Shown one piece after another: positions 10,488-20,385 of a DNA stretch of 64,000 bases (the stretch's first letter is position 1; each line of letters opens with the position of its first letter). A program made the translations under genes and the position numbers. This DNA comes from a virus: the IMG/VR virus record IMGVR_UViG_3300011116_001125, positions 11,637-75,636 of that record. The stretch is one strand, 5' to 3'. The notes under the pieces are model-generated. The model had not been told where the DNA came from and did not search any database. It saw only the letters and a list, made by a program, of their open reading frames with translations.

Positions 10488-10999
10488 TGAAAGATAATTT
10501 TGAACAATGCTTGGCCTTGGTGCTTAAACACGAAGGCGGTTATGTTAATAACCCAAAAGATCCAGGAGGCATGACTAACCTCGGCGTTACCAAAAAAGTT
10601 TGGGAAGAATGGGTTGGTCATACGGTAGACGAAGCAGCAATGCGAGCGTTGGGGCCAACAGATGTCGCGCCGCTCTACAAGAAAAACTACTGGGACCGTG
10701 TCCGTGGAGATGATCTACCGACAGGTGTTGACTATTCTGTGTTTGATCTTGCTGTTAATAGTGGTGTTAGCCGTGCCGTCAAGTTTTTACAGGCCGCTTG
10801 TGGTGTTGCTCAAGATGGCGCTATCGGACCAGCGACATTAGCCGCAGTTGCACAACAACACCCACGCGAACTTGCTACCGCTGTGTGTGAAAAACGGTTA
10901 GCATTTCTTCAATCATTGCCAACGTGGAATACATTTGGCAGGGGGTGGAACAAGCGTGTAGCCGAAGTAGAAGAAGCTGCTTTTAAGATGGTCGGCTAA
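10487..10999 (+). CDS. Endolysin, glycosyl hydrolase family 108 with peptidoglycan-binding domain
   Basis: HEGGYVNNPKDPGGMTNLGVT motif; FDLAVNSG; DGAIGPATL; FGRGWNKR. Confidence 0.92.
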   Translation: MKDNFEQCLALVLKHEGGYVNNPKDPGGMTNLGVTKKVWEEWVGHTVDEAAMRALGPTDVAPLYKKNYWDRVRGDDLPTGVDYSVFDLAVNSGVSRAVKFLQAACGVAQDGAIGPATLAAVAQQHPRELATAVCEKRLAFLQSLPTWNTFGRGWNKRVAEVEEAAFKMVG

Positions 11000-12435
11000 A
11001 CAATCCACTGTTTGTAATCTTCGTTCAGCACTTGCGTAGCAAGGTTAATCTTGTTGCGCAGTGCCTTTAATATTTTTTCTTCTACGGTATTTTCCGTAAT
11101 GATATCTACGTAGGTAACGTTGTTTTTCTGCCCAATGCGGTGCGCACGGTCTTCGCTTTGCAACCTTATTTCAAGGTCGTAGTTGTTACTGTAGTAGATC
11201 ACAGTTTTGGCTAGTGTCAACGTTAATCCGTAGCCGCCCGTACGGGGTTGCCCAACAAAAAACCTCAGTGGATGGGCAACGTTTTGAAAGTTTTTCACTG
11301 TTTGTTGGCGCTGCTCTACATCAGTATCACCGTAGTACAGGGCCACTGAATCATTACCGTATTCTTCTTTGAGCATCTTTTCAATTTCCAACAGATCATT
11401 GGTAAATGTAGCCCATATGATTACCTTACCATCGACTTCTTCTAACGTAGCTTTTAGCTCGTTCAGTTTATTGGTTGGAAACCGTTTTGTGGTGCCATCA
11501 TCCATACGCACAAAACCGCTACACACTTGTTGGAGCCGCAGTATTTGGGTGAGCACATTAGGGGCCGTTGCCAACTGACCTTCTAGCTCAGCCAAAGCTA
11601 GATTTTTCATTTGGGCATATATACGGGCCTGCTCATCGGTAAACTCTACCGTGCGGCGGGTATAAATTTTATCAGGTAAATCTAAACAATCTTCTTTACG
11701 CACACGGTAGCTAAACTCTTCAATCTTTTTGCTTAGCTCATCAAGGTTCTGATAGCCTACAATTTGATTAAAACTATGCGTGCCAAGCGAACGTTTAACC
11801 ATACGGGCGTATCTGCTTTGGAAAGCCCAATAGCTGTTATAGCCCAAGGCCCATGGATCAAGAAACTCGCACTGGCTGTACAGGTCCAACGGGCTTTGCG
11901 TAACGGGCGACCCTGTAGCAATACGCCGATAGATTGCCTTGGTGCCTAGTTTCACAAGGCTTTTGGTTCGTTTGGCAGTGCGGTTTTTGATTGTTGTGCT
12001 TTCATCTACTGCCATAAGCACTTTTTTCAATTTAAGAAACGTTTCTGCAAAAGTGCAACCTTTTTCGGTACTAAATGCTTCTACGTTCATAACTACCAAT
12101 TTAAGTGATTCGTCGCGCTCGAACGCTCGCTCAAGATCTTTCTTTTTCTTTTGAGTTTGCTCAGGCGACCATGTAATGATTTGCGCATCAATATGCGTGG
12201 GCAAATGCTCAGGTAATTCTTTTTGCTCCCAATTTTTATACACGCCTTTGGGAGCTACAATCAAAGCGCCTTCAATACGACCTTCATCGTAGAGCATGGC
12301 TATTGTATCAATAATGATCTTACTTTTGCCTGTTCCCATTTCTAAAAACAGGGCGTATTCGGGGCGTTCCCAACTACGTTCAAGTGCCGTTAATTGATGC
12401 GCATACGGCTGATGCTTAAATTTGTAACGTAACAT
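10996..12435 (-). CDS. SNF2-family (SF2) helicase
   Basis: EMGTGKS (motif I), VDESTTIKN, ATGSP, GGYGLTLT, QSEDRAHRIGQ. Confidence 0.92.
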   Translation of the reverse strand: MLRYKFKHQPYAHQLTALERSWERPEYALFLEMGTGKSKIIIDTIAMLYDEGRIEGALIVAPKGVYKNWEQKELPEHLPTHIDAQIITWSPEQTQKKKKDLERAFERDESLKLVVMNVEAFSTEKGCTFAETFLKLKKVLMAVDESTTIKNRTAKRTKSLVKLGTKAIYRRIATGSPVTQSPLDLYSQCEFLDPWALGYNSYWAFQSRYARMVKRSLGTHSFNQIVGYQNLDELSKKIEEFSYRVRKEDCLDLPDKIYTRRTVEFTDEQARIYAQMKNLALAELEGQLATAPNVLTQILRLQQVCSGFVRMDDGTTKRFPTNKLNELKATLEEVDGKVIIWATFTNDLLEIEKMLKEEYGNDSVALYYGDTDVEQRQQTVKNFQNVAHPLRFFVGQPRTGGYGLTLTLAKTVIYYSNNYDLEIRLQSEDRAHRIGQKNNVTYVDIITENTVEEKILKALRNKINLATQVLNEDYKQWIV

Positions 12436-12439
12436 GTAC

Positions 12440-12494
12440 CACTGCCCTTTCTTACGGCTGTGACTATATTACCACTGTTCAACCCCATGGACAA
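12440..12494 (-). promoter_or_regulatory. Promoter TTGTCC-N17-TAATAT plus AGAAAG-loop RBS hairpin for the SNF2 gene
   Basis: Minus strand reads CAC-A-GCC-GTAAGAAAG-GGC-A-GTG just before the ATG. Confidence 0.65.
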
Positions 12495-12661
12495 CTTTAC
12501 TATTAGGCGGGTTTTTCCAAGGCTATGCTACACAAACAACCTCGCACGCGTGCGCGGGGGGCGAAAAAGTGGTCAGATAGCGATATAGTCAGATATTGTA
12601 TAGTGGCGCAAAAATAAATTTGTTGTGTTCCATTTTAAAATTTGGACCTATTAAGCAAAGT
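12494..12661. other. Putative replication origin / primase site A
   Basis: 26-mer 12546-12571 matches the reverse complement of 34115-34140 at 25/26; bounded by inverted CCTAWT-like motifs; AGATA repeats. Confidence 0.45.
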
Positions 12662-12663
12662 GC

Positions 12664-12717
12664 TTGCTATCCTAGTTTCTATGGCCCATAGTAGTTGGGC
12701 ATGGGGAGAAAGCCGTG
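12664..12717 (+). promoter_or_regulatory. Promoter TTGCTA-N17-CATAGT plus AGAAAG-loop hairpin
   Basis: CATGG-GGAGAAAG-CCGTG (12700-12717), with the GTG start inside the stem. Confidence 0.65.
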
Positions 12718-13026
12718 ACCGTTTACATCACTCAAGAAGTTCGTGGGCGGGATCTTACCGATGCTTTGGGCTTTGGTGACCTAGACATACTTGTTCCTGC
12801 CAAGGAGCAAATTGCCTTATCATCAGGACCACTGGTTAAGCGTATGGAGCGAAAGTTATCCAAGTTCACAGATAATGATTTCCTTATGCTTGCAGGTGAC
12901 CCCGTTTGTATTGGGGTTGCGTGCGCACTTGCGGCAGTCAGTAACAATGGTCGTTTTAAGGTACTTAAATGGGACCGTTTGGAGCAAAGGTATTACCCGA
13001 TAAATGTCAACCTGTATCAAAAGTAG
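12715..13026 (+). CDS. Hypothetical protein
   Basis: 103 aa ORF with RBS, first gene of the replication operon. Confidence 0.7.
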   Translation: MTVYITQEVRGRDLTDALGFGDLDILVPAKEQIALSSGPLVKRMERKLSKFTDNDFLMLAGDPVCIGVACALAAVSNNGRFKVLKWDRLEQRYYPINVNLYQK

Positions 13027-13034
13027 GAGGCTGA

Positions 13035-13583
13035 ATGTTAGATTTTGAACAAACGGCTGACGAACTTAGCAAGCTAGGCGATGATGCTATAGGCCGCATT
13101 GCTAAACTGGTTAAGATGCAACTTGCCTTGGAAGCAAGGCTAGCTCAACTAGAAGAAGAGCAAAAAGATGTTGCACGTCAGTTACGTGAAATAGCTGAAG
13201 AAGAGCTGCCTTCCGCAATGGAAGAGCATGGCGTAAGCCAATTAAAAATGGGTGACGGTAGTGAAATCACTGTAAGCACGTTTTACAGTGCCTCAATACC
13301 AAAGGATGAAACTGAGCGTGCGTTCGATTGGTTGCGCGATAATAGGTTTGGTGACCTCATTAAAAATGTTGTTTCCACAACCTTTGGGCGCAACGACGAT
13401 GCTAAGGCTAAAGCACTTGTCAATACGCTGTCTGACAGTGGTTATAGCGTAAATCAGAAGCAGTGGGTTGAACCAATGACCCTCAAGGCTTTTGTTAAGG
13501 AACAAGTTGAAAAGGGGGCACCGCTTCCTATGGATTTGTTTGGTGTATATATTGGTAAAAAAGCCAAAGTAAGGAGAAAGTAA
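13035..13583 (+). CDS. Conserved phage replication-module protein
   Basis: 182 aa; coiled coil then AFDWLRDNRFGDLIK and VEPMTLKAFVKEQ, a type commonly found next to phage SSB/primase genes. Confidence 0.65.
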   Translation: MLDFEQTADELSKLGDDAIGRIAKLVKMQLALEARLAQLEEEQKDVARQLREIAEEELPSAMEEHGVSQLKMGDGSEITVSTFYSASIPKDETERAFDWLRDNRFGDLIKNVVSTTFGRNDDAKAKALVNTLSDSGYSVNQKQWVEPMTLKAFVKEQVEKGAPLPMDLFGVYIGKKAKVRRK

Positions 13584-14395
13584 TGGCTAAAACATCAGTT
13601 GCGGTTGCGGAAACCAAAAACACTGCACTTGCTACGGCAAGCGATCTATCAGGCTTTGAAGAGTTTGCAGGCTTGGGTATGCAAGAAGTTACTGCCGCAG
13701 ATATGGCAGTGCCGTTTTTGCGTATTCTGGCACAACTTAGCCCACAGGTGAATAAGCGTGATGGTGCTTATGTGCAGGGCGCAGAACCCGGAATGATCTA
13801 CAATACTGTGGCTAACGAAGTTTACAGTGGTGAAGAAGGTATTTTGGTAGTTCCTTGTTACACTAATACTCGTTTTGTTGAATGGAAGCCCCGTGAAAAG
13901 GGCGGCGGTTATGTGGCGAGCTATATGGGTACCGACCCTATTGTAAACACAACTCGCAAGGATGACCGTGGGCAGGATATCTTGCCTAATGGCAACTTGC
14001 TCAGCAAAACGGCGCAGTGGTTCGTATTGTTGTTGCACCCTGAAAACGGTGCGCAACGTTGCCTCATTACCATGAGCAGTACACAGCTTAAGAAAAGCCG
14101 TAGTTGGGTGACCACTACACGTAGCATCATGGGCAAAGGTGCAAACGGCCCGTTTGTAATGCCTATCATGTCACAGGTTTACCGCCTTAAAACTACTGAA
14201 GAGCGCAACGATAAAGGTAGTTGGTTTGGGTGGGATATCGCACGTGAACGCCAGTTGGTGTTGGAAAATCGTGACGATAGTGACCTCTACCGTATGGGTG
14301 TTGAGTTTAGCAAAAGCATTTCAGCGGGTGAAGTCAAGGTTAAAGATGAACACCCTGATATGTCCTCCGAAGATAATGGTTCTTCACCGTTTTAA
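13583..14395 (+). CDS. Putative single-stranded DNA-binding protein
   Basis: 270 aa; acidic C-terminus ending in PF; aromatic NDKGSWFGW segment; upstream of the primase. Confidence 0.55.
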   Translation: MAKTSVAVAETKNTALATASDLSGFEEFAGLGMQEVTAADMAVPFLRILAQLSPQVNKRDGAYVQGAEPGMIYNTVANEVYSGEEGILVVPCYTNTRFVEWKPREKGGGYVASYMGTDPIVNTTRKDDRGQDILPNGNLLSKTAQWFVLLLHPENGAQRCLITMSSTQLKKSRSWVTTTRSIMGKGANGPFVMPIMSQVYRLKTTEERNDKGSWFGWDIARERQLVLENRDDSDLYRMGVEFSKSISAGEVKVKDEHPDMSSEDNGSSPF

Positions 14396-14448
14396 TTTAG
14401 GTGATTGGGCGGGGGCATATAGCCTCCGCCAACCATACGGGGGTGGTA

Positions 14449-15972
14449 ATGCAAGAACATGCAAAGCAGTTTTTTGCTCTGTTCAAAGGTAATGACAGGG
14501 CACACGGAACATTTAGCGTTAACAAAAGTCGTGATGATGGCAAGAAAACGGGTATTGCTAAAATCCTACGGGAAGAAACTACGCTTGACCATTGGGTCAA
14601 TCACCTTGAGGGTGAGGTTGGCTTGGGCGTTATTCCTATTATGGACGACAACCATTGCCATTGGGGTGCTATTGATATTGATAGCTACGATTTAGATCAC
14701 AAGGCACTGTTAAAGAAACTTGGCTCACTGAACATTCCTGCGGTGGTGTGCCGTAGTAAGAGCGGCGGTGCCCATGTGTTTTTCTTCTTTGAAGAACCTA
14801 TCGATGCAGAAGATGTGCAGGGCAAGTTGAATGAAGTTGCCGCTATCACAGGATTTGCAGGTAGTGAAATTTTTCCTAAGCAAAGCAAGTTACTTGTTGA
14901 GCGTGGCGATACAGGCAACTTCCTTAACATGCCGTATTTCGGTGGGGATAACACCACCCGCTACGCTTTTGATGAAGGTGCCCAAAGCCTGAGTGTAGAA
15001 GCGTTCCTTACGCACGCCTTCACACGTAGGCTGAGCAAGGAAAAGTTTTTAGGGCTTAAGTTCAACAATAAGAAAACAGGCACCGAACTATTACCTAATG
15101 GTCCACCCTGTTTGCAACATCTATGCGCACAGGGCTTTGGTGAAGGTAGTAGGAACAATGCGCTATTTAATCTTGGTGTGTATGCCCGTATGTCAGATAG
15201 TGACCATTGGGAGCAGTTAGTTGCCAAATATAATCTAGATTACTTGAAACCACCGCTAGGCCATAATGAAGTAGGGGCCATTATCAAACAGTTGCAGAAA
15301 AAAGATTACTTCTACAAGTGCGAAGACCAACCTATATCCAGCTTCTGCAATAAAGCTGTGTGCATGACGCGCAAGTTTGGCGTTGGTCCTGGACAGTTGA
15401 ACAATGACCTTAGCAGTTTAACTAAAATAGACGGTGACCCACCTATATGGATATTGAATGTTGACGGTAGGCGCGTTGAGTTGAGTACTGAAAGTTTGGT
15501 AACGCAGAGTGCTTTCCAAAAAGAGTGCGTTGCACAAATCAATAAGTTCCCTATCACAGTTAATCAACGTGCATGGCAAACACGTATGCAATCTTTGTTA
15601 GACAACTTAACGGTTGTAGAAGTGCCGCCAGATGCTACCATTAAAGGTGAGTTTGAGGATTTGCTTGCGAGCTTTTGTTGCGACCGTGCGCGGGGTGATA
15701 CACGTGATGAGATACTACAAGGCATTGCTGTATGGGTTGATGAGCGTGTGTATTTCCAAATCAAAGACGTACGGAAACATCTGCAAGTAAACAACTTCAC
15801 GCATTACACTAGCAACAAGATAACGCTACGCTTGACTGATCTAAAAGCGGAAAAGATGTTTTGGCGTGTGAAGGGTAAGGGTATTCACGTGTGGAGTTTG
15901 CCACAAACATTCTTTGCCACGCAGATGGAAACATTGGATTTGCCACCGCTTGTGCCTAAAGATGTAATCTAA
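14449..15972 (+). CDS. Archaeo-eukaryotic-type primase with PriCT domain (likely ATG 14449)
   Basis: WGAIDID, RSKSGGAHVF, FLNMPY, GPPCL...GEGSRNNALF. Confidence 0.8.
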   Translation: MQEHAKQFFALFKGNDRAHGTFSVNKSRDDGKKTGIAKILREETTLDHWVNHLEGEVGLGVIPIMDDNHCHWGAIDIDSYDLDHKALLKKLGSLNIPAVVCRSKSGGAHVFFFFEEPIDAEDVQGKLNEVAAITGFAGSEIFPKQSKLLVERGDTGNFLNMPYFGGDNTTRYAFDEGAQSLSVEAFLTHAFTRRLSKEKFLGLKFNNKKTGTELLPNGPPCLQHLCAQGFGEGSRNNALFNLGVYARMSDSDHWEQLVAKYNLDYLKPPLGHNEVGAIIKQLQKKDYFYKCEDQPISSFCNKAVCMTRKFGVGPGQLNNDLSSLTKIDGDPPIWILNVDGRRVELSTESLVTQSAFQKECVAQINKFPITVNQRAWQTRMQSLLDNLTVVEVPPDATIKGEFEDLLASFCCDRARGDTRDEILQGIAVWVDERVYFQIKDVRKHLQVNNFTHYTSNKITLRLTDLKAEKMFWRVKGKGIHVWSLPQTFFATQMETLDLPPLVPKDVI

Positions 15973-17489
15973 TGAACATCATACTTGGTCCTCCAGGAAC
16001 TGGCAAAACAACGCGGTTACTGTCGTTGGTCGAGTATCACATTGAACAAGGCGTAGCACCAGAACGTATTGGATATTTTGCTTTTACGAAAGTTGCCGCA
16101 CGCGAAGCAATGTTGCGTGCGATGGGGCGCTTTAGGCTGAGCGAAAAGCAGTTACCGTTTTTCCAAACGCTACATAGCCTTGCGTATCATCAAATGGGTA
16201 TTACCCAAAACCAAATGATGACCAAAGATGGTTATGCCGAAGCCGCTGAGTGGTTAAAGGTCGGTGGTTTTGTGTTGAACAGTGAAAGTACCGATGGCCC
16301 ACATTTAGATTTTGGTTACGGCGATAAGTTTTTAGAAATAATAAATATCGCACGTATTCTGCGTAAGCCGCTCAAGGGTATCTACAACGCTAGCACCGTT
16401 CCGCTAAAAACTGATTGGCAACGTGTTGATTATGTGGATAGAGGGTTGCGCCACTTTAAAGAAACAATGCAGTTGTTTGATTTTACCGACCTGCTTGAGC
16501 AGTTTGTACTGCGGAAGCTAAGCCCACGGTTAGAAGTGGTATTGATAGATGAAGCCCAAGACCTCAGCCCGCTACAGTGGGAGATGGTGCGTCAGCTTAC
16601 GGTAAATGTTCCGCATGTATACATCGCAGGCGATGATGACCAAGCTATCTACCGTTGGGCAGGGGCCGATGTACAACAGTTCATTGCGTTAGAAGGCAAC
16701 GTAGAAGTGTTGGGCCAAAGTTACAGAATACCTTTGCGCCACCATGAGGTCAGCCAACGTGTTGTCAGCCGCATACCATTGCGCCGTGATAAACCGTTTG
16801 CTCCACGTGCAGAAGAAGGCACTGTGCAGTGGCACCGCCACAGCGAAGAAGTAAACTTGGACCAAGGCCAATGGCTCTTGCTTAGCCGCACGCGCAAGGG
16901 TGCAATAAGATTAGAACAAGAAGTACGTCAGCGCGGTCACCTTTATACATTTAATGCTAGCCGTAGCGTGGATCCTGAGATGTTGCAGGCTATTCGTGTG
17001 TGGGAGGCATTGCGTAGTGGGGAGCGTATGCAAGCTAAAGATGTTAGGACAGCATTTAAGTTTATGACGATGAATACGCAGGTAGCGTATGGAAATAAGA
17101 CGTTGCCTAATGTTAAGGATGATGTGTTCTTGACCATTGGTGATTTGTTAAGCAATCATGGGTTGTTGCATACGCTCCCGTGGGAAGAAGGCTTAGGTCG
17201 TATCAGTGAAGAAAATAGGCGTTACATCAAGGCTTGCTTCAAGAAAGGTGAATCGCTTGATAGCAAACCACGGATAACAATTAGCACTATTCATGCCAGT
17301 AAAGGTGCCGAGGCTGAAAATGTACTGTTGACCACTGATAGTGGTGGCAAGTTTCAAAGTATGTGGCGCAAATCAGAGTTTGATGCTGAAGATGAAACAC
17401 GGGTGTTCTATGTGGGGCTTACTCGTGCTAAGAAGGGCCTGCATCTAATCCACCCGATGTACACGTCTGGTTACCCCATACCGCATTAG
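15972..17489 (+). CDS. UvrD/Rep-family (SF1) helicase
   Basis: GPPGTGKTT, IDEAQDL, GDDDQAIYRWAGA, STIHASKGAE, FYVGLTRAK. Confidence 0.92.
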   Translation: MNIILGPPGTGKTTRLLSLVEYHIEQGVAPERIGYFAFTKVAAREAMLRAMGRFRLSEKQLPFFQTLHSLAYHQMGITQNQMMTKDGYAEAAEWLKVGGFVLNSESTDGPHLDFGYGDKFLEIINIARILRKPLKGIYNASTVPLKTDWQRVDYVDRGLRHFKETMQLFDFTDLLEQFVLRKLSPRLEVVLIDEAQDLSPLQWEMVRQLTVNVPHVYIAGDDDQAIYRWAGADVQQFIALEGNVEVLGQSYRIPLRHHEVSQRVVSRIPLRRDKPFAPRAEEGTVQWHRHSEEVNLDQGQWLLLSRTRKGAIRLEQEVRQRGHLYTFNASRSVDPEMLQAIRVWEALRSGERMQAKDVRTAFKFMTMNTQVAYGNKTLPNVKDDVFLTIGDLLSNHGLLHTLPWEEGLGRISEENRRYIKACFKKGESLDSKPRITISTIHASKGAEAENVLLTTDSGGKFQSMWRKSEFDAEDETRVFYVGLTRAKKGLHLIHPMYTSGYPIPH

Positions 17490-17543
17490 TTGTCATTTAA
17501 AACATCGCGTGGCACATTATGGTTACTGCAACGGGAGTACTAC

Positions 17544-17819
17544 ATGTCAATTGAAATAGCCTATTTTACCAAAGCGAGTTTGATCAAGGCCAACAACCTT
17601 GCCATCAAACACAACCTTAACAGGATGCTTAACCCCGATATGTTAAAGCAACTTCCTGCGGGGTACCGCTTTCCGATTAGCAGTATTGTATCGCACAATG
17701 ACCACGTTCGGGCGTGCGTTGTGTTAAGTGAAGAAGGCCAAACGGCGTGGCTTGACATGCCGTGGGAAGTATACGAAAAGCTACCACGTATTGCTGCGGA
17801 GCAGCGTACTTTACATTAA
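17544..17819 (+). CDS. Hypothetical protein (likely ATG 17544)
   Basis: GGGAG RBS; TTGTCA promoter-like box at 17490. Confidence 0.6.
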   Translation: MSIEIAYFTKASLIKANNLAIKHNLNRMLNPDMLKQLPAGYRFPISSIVSHNDHVRACVVLSEEGQTAWLDMPWEVYEKLPRIAAEQRTLH

Positions 17820-17832
17820 CCAACTAGCCAAC

Positions 17833-17850
17833 TGATAGGAGAAAGTATCA
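17833..17850 (+). promoter_or_regulatory. AGAAAG-loop RBS hairpin
   Basis: Perfect TGATA-GGAGAAAG-TATCA ending on the A of the ATG. Confidence 0.7.
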
Positions 17851-18881
17851 TGGCGCACCTTATTGAAACTATGGCTTATGCAGGCGAAGTTCCTTGGCAT
17901 GGGCTTGGCACTCAGGTTGATAGCAACATGTCACCTGAACAAATGCTTGTAGCCGCAGGCTTGGATTGGACGGTTAGCAAACGTCCTGCCTATTTTGCCG
18001 CTGAAAAGTTTGTACCTAATTTGTACGCACCCGAGCTTAACAGCAACATGATGCTTGTTGAGGATAACTTCTTTGTAGTGCGCGATACCGATAACAAGGT
18101 ACTCAGCCATGCAGGTACAGGGTACAACCCTTTCCAAAACCGCGATGTAATGTCGTTCTTTAAAAAGTTCACCGAAGCAGGTGATATGTTTATGGAAACG
18201 GCAGGTAGCCTAAAGGAAGGCCAAGAAATTTGGGGCCTTGCCAAGTTAAAAGACGGCTTCCAGCTTGCGGGTGGTGATGAGGTAAAAGGTTACCTTTTGC
18301 TCAACAATAGCCACAAGGTCGGCAAAGCTATGACTGTTATGTTCACGCCTATTCGTGTGGTATGTAACAATACGCTCACCTTGGCCCTTAACGATGCGGG
18401 GGCTAACAAGTTCCGCATTTTGCACCTGCAAATGTTTGATCAAGAAATTATGCAGGCCGCAGAGGAGGCCCTTGGCCTGAGTAGCACCCGCATGGCGCAG
18501 TTCAAAGAGCAGTCTGAGTTCCTTGCTTCCAAACGTGCCAAAACACTGGATGTTGATAACTTCATAGCCGAAATGTTCCAAAAGGATACGTTATTGGAAC
18601 GTGGCAAAGCCGCCAACCAGAACGAGTTGCCACCGTTACGCGACGAGTTCAAACGTACCGCATTGGCAGTAGCCGAGGCTTACGAAGTAAGTCCAGGAAG
18701 CACCCTTGCTTCTGCCAAGGGCACATGGTGGGGCGCACTCAATGCCGTCACCTACGTGGTTGACCACCCGCGCCGCGCAAGCAGTGAAGGCGGTAGCCTC
18801 TACAGCGCATGGTTCGGCAACGGTGCCAACGTCAAGCGCCGCGCTATGGAAAAGGCTTTGGAGTACGCGCAAGCCGCGTAA
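17850..18881 (+). CDS. DUF932-family (TIGR03299-like) phage/plasmid protein
   Basis: MAYAGEVPWHGLG, AAGLDWTV, TPIRVVCNNTL, GTWWGALNAVT. Confidence 0.85.
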   Translation: MAHLIETMAYAGEVPWHGLGTQVDSNMSPEQMLVAAGLDWTVSKRPAYFAAEKFVPNLYAPELNSNMMLVEDNFFVVRDTDNKVLSHAGTGYNPFQNRDVMSFFKKFTEAGDMFMETAGSLKEGQEIWGLAKLKDGFQLAGGDEVKGYLLLNNSHKVGKAMTVMFTPIRVVCNNTLTLALNDAGANKFRILHLQMFDQEIMQAAEEALGLSSTRMAQFKEQSEFLASKRAKTLDVDNFIAEMFQKDTLLERGKAANQNELPPLRDEFKRTALAVAEAYEVSPGSTLASAKGTWWGALNAVTYVVDHPRRASSEGGSLYSAWFGNGANVKRRAMEKALEYAQAA

Positions 18882-18889
18882 TCTAACAC

Positions 18890-18953
18890 TTGCAATGGTG
18901 GAGTCAGTGGTTAAACTGGCTCCACTACCCACCTTGCCATAGAAAGGCGCAAG
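18890..18953 (+). promoter_or_regulatory. Promoter TTGCAA-N16-TAAACT plus AGAAAG-loop hairpin
   Basis: CTTGCC-ATAGAAAG-G(C)GCAAG at 18933-18953, upstream of ATG 18956; probably drives the modification operon. Confidence 0.6.
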
Positions 18954-18955
18954 AT

Positions 18956-19528
18956 ATGTATTACGTGATTGCTGAAGGCCCCCCTGCTTCACAGGGCAAG
19001 CCTTATCACATTTTAAAGTTCAAAACGCTACGTGACATGAAAGAGTGCCCTTTGATCGACAAAGGCACCATTGTGTATAGCGAAGTTACCCAATTAGACG
19101 AGTTTTGTACAAAGGCCGAGTTGGAAGCCATTTGGCACACTCTTAACCTGAGTTCAAAGGCACCGCAGAACAAGCGCATTACCGCAGGGCTTCTGCATGA
19201 GTATGTTGTGGAAAACGCAACGGTTTGGAAACAAGGAGACACCAAAATGACTGAAGTTAAAGTTTCGGCACCTGCCGCTAAAACTGCTCCGAAAGAGAAA
19301 AAGGAAAGTGCCCGCACACGTATCCCCAAGGAAGCAAAAATCGTAGTGCTTAAGCAGTTTGAAGGTCGCGCCGGAACCACGCGTGCCGAAGCCTTAAAAA
19401 TTGCTCTTGCCGCACCAACGGTTGAAAAGGCCCTTGCCGATATGCGTGCCGCAGGATTTACAGCGGCAGTTGCCTCATCGACCATTAAGTTCGCCATTGC
19501 CGAAAAACTTATAACGGTAAAGATCTAA
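18956..19528 (+). CDS. Hypothetical protein with a basic Ala/Lys-rich C-terminal domain (likely ATG 18956)
   Basis: RBS before 18956; second in-frame RBS and ATG at 19247. Confidence 0.65.
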   Translation: MYYVIAEGPPASQGKPYHILKFKTLRDMKECPLIDKGTIVYSEVTQLDEFCTKAELEAIWHTLNLSSKAPQNKRITAGLLHEYVVENATVWKQGDTKMTEVKVSAPAAKTAPKEKKESARTRIPKEAKIVVLKQFEGRAGTTRAEALKIALAAPTVEKALADMRAAGFTAAVASSTIKFAIAEKLITVKI

Positions 19529-19529
19529 C

Positions 19530-20384
19530 ATGAACGGCGAAGGGCAGTTCTTTTATTGGATAAATGAGCGCCATTCTATCTATTTGTCTAAGGCGGCGGG
19601 TAATCCAAAACCTTGGACAAGTGATAGTATTTTCCAACAGTACAAGTTTACGAACCCTTTTAGGGAGCTAGACAAAACAACTGTATGGATGCGCGAACAT
19701 TTGACCAATCCCAACAAAAATGCCCCCATAGCCGAAACCCTGTTCAACTGTTGCGTGTTCCGCATGTTTGGCACGATGGAAATGGGCGAGGCTTTGGGTT
19801 GGATAAAGCAGTGGGATCCTGAATATGTGAAAAGTCTTGCCCGTGGTCGGTTGAGCATGGGGCTTAAAGTATTCACAGGGGCATACATTATCACTAACCA
19901 AGGGTTGAAAAACCCAAAGGAAGAGGTAGTATGCGATATGTTTCTGACCCCCGTATGGAAAGCCCGTGATCAGTTAGCCGAGTGCATTGAGCAAACAAAT
20001 AGTTTGGAAGCACTGCACAAGGAACTTGGCAAGTTTGCAGGATGGGGCGGCGGGGGCTTTATGGCCTACGAAGTAGTAACCGATCTTAACCATACTAGCG
20101 CCATGCCAGAGCCAGTTGATAGGTTTACGTGGGCCAATGCAGGTCCAGGAGCAAAGCGGGGTCTTAACCGTTTGCATGGTCGCCCCTTGGATAAAGCCAA
20201 TGGCGTAGACTGGAATAGCGAAATGCAACAGCTATTGGAGCTCGCCCCAAAATACTGTGACCCCGAAGTATTAGCTCAAGTTGTAGATATGCGCACGATA
20301 GAGCATAGCCTGTGCGAATGGGATAAGTACCAACGGGTACTACTCGGCCAAGGTAAACCACGAAGCCTGTACAAAGGAATTTAG
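19530..20384 (+). CDS. 5-hmdU DNA kinase helical domain / aGPT-pyrophosphorylase clade 1 protein
   Basis: FFYWINERHSIY...PWTSDSIFQQYKFTNPFRELD, FTGAYII, FMAYEVVTDL, AGPGAKRGL, IEHSLCEWDKY. Confidence 0.85.
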   Translation: MNGEGQFFYWINERHSIYLSKAAGNPKPWTSDSIFQQYKFTNPFRELDKTTVWMREHLTNPNKNAPIAETLFNCCVFRMFGTMEMGEALGWIKQWDPEYVKSLARGRLSMGLKVFTGAYIITNQGLKNPKEEVVCDMFLTPVWKARDQLAECIEQTNSLEALHKELGKFAGWGGGGFMAYEVVTDLNHTSAMPEPVDRFTWANAGPGAKRGLNRLHGRPLDKANGVDWNSEMQQLLELAPKYCDPEVLAQVVDMRTIEHSLCEWDKYQRVLLGQGKPRSLYKGI

Positions 20385-20385
20385 T

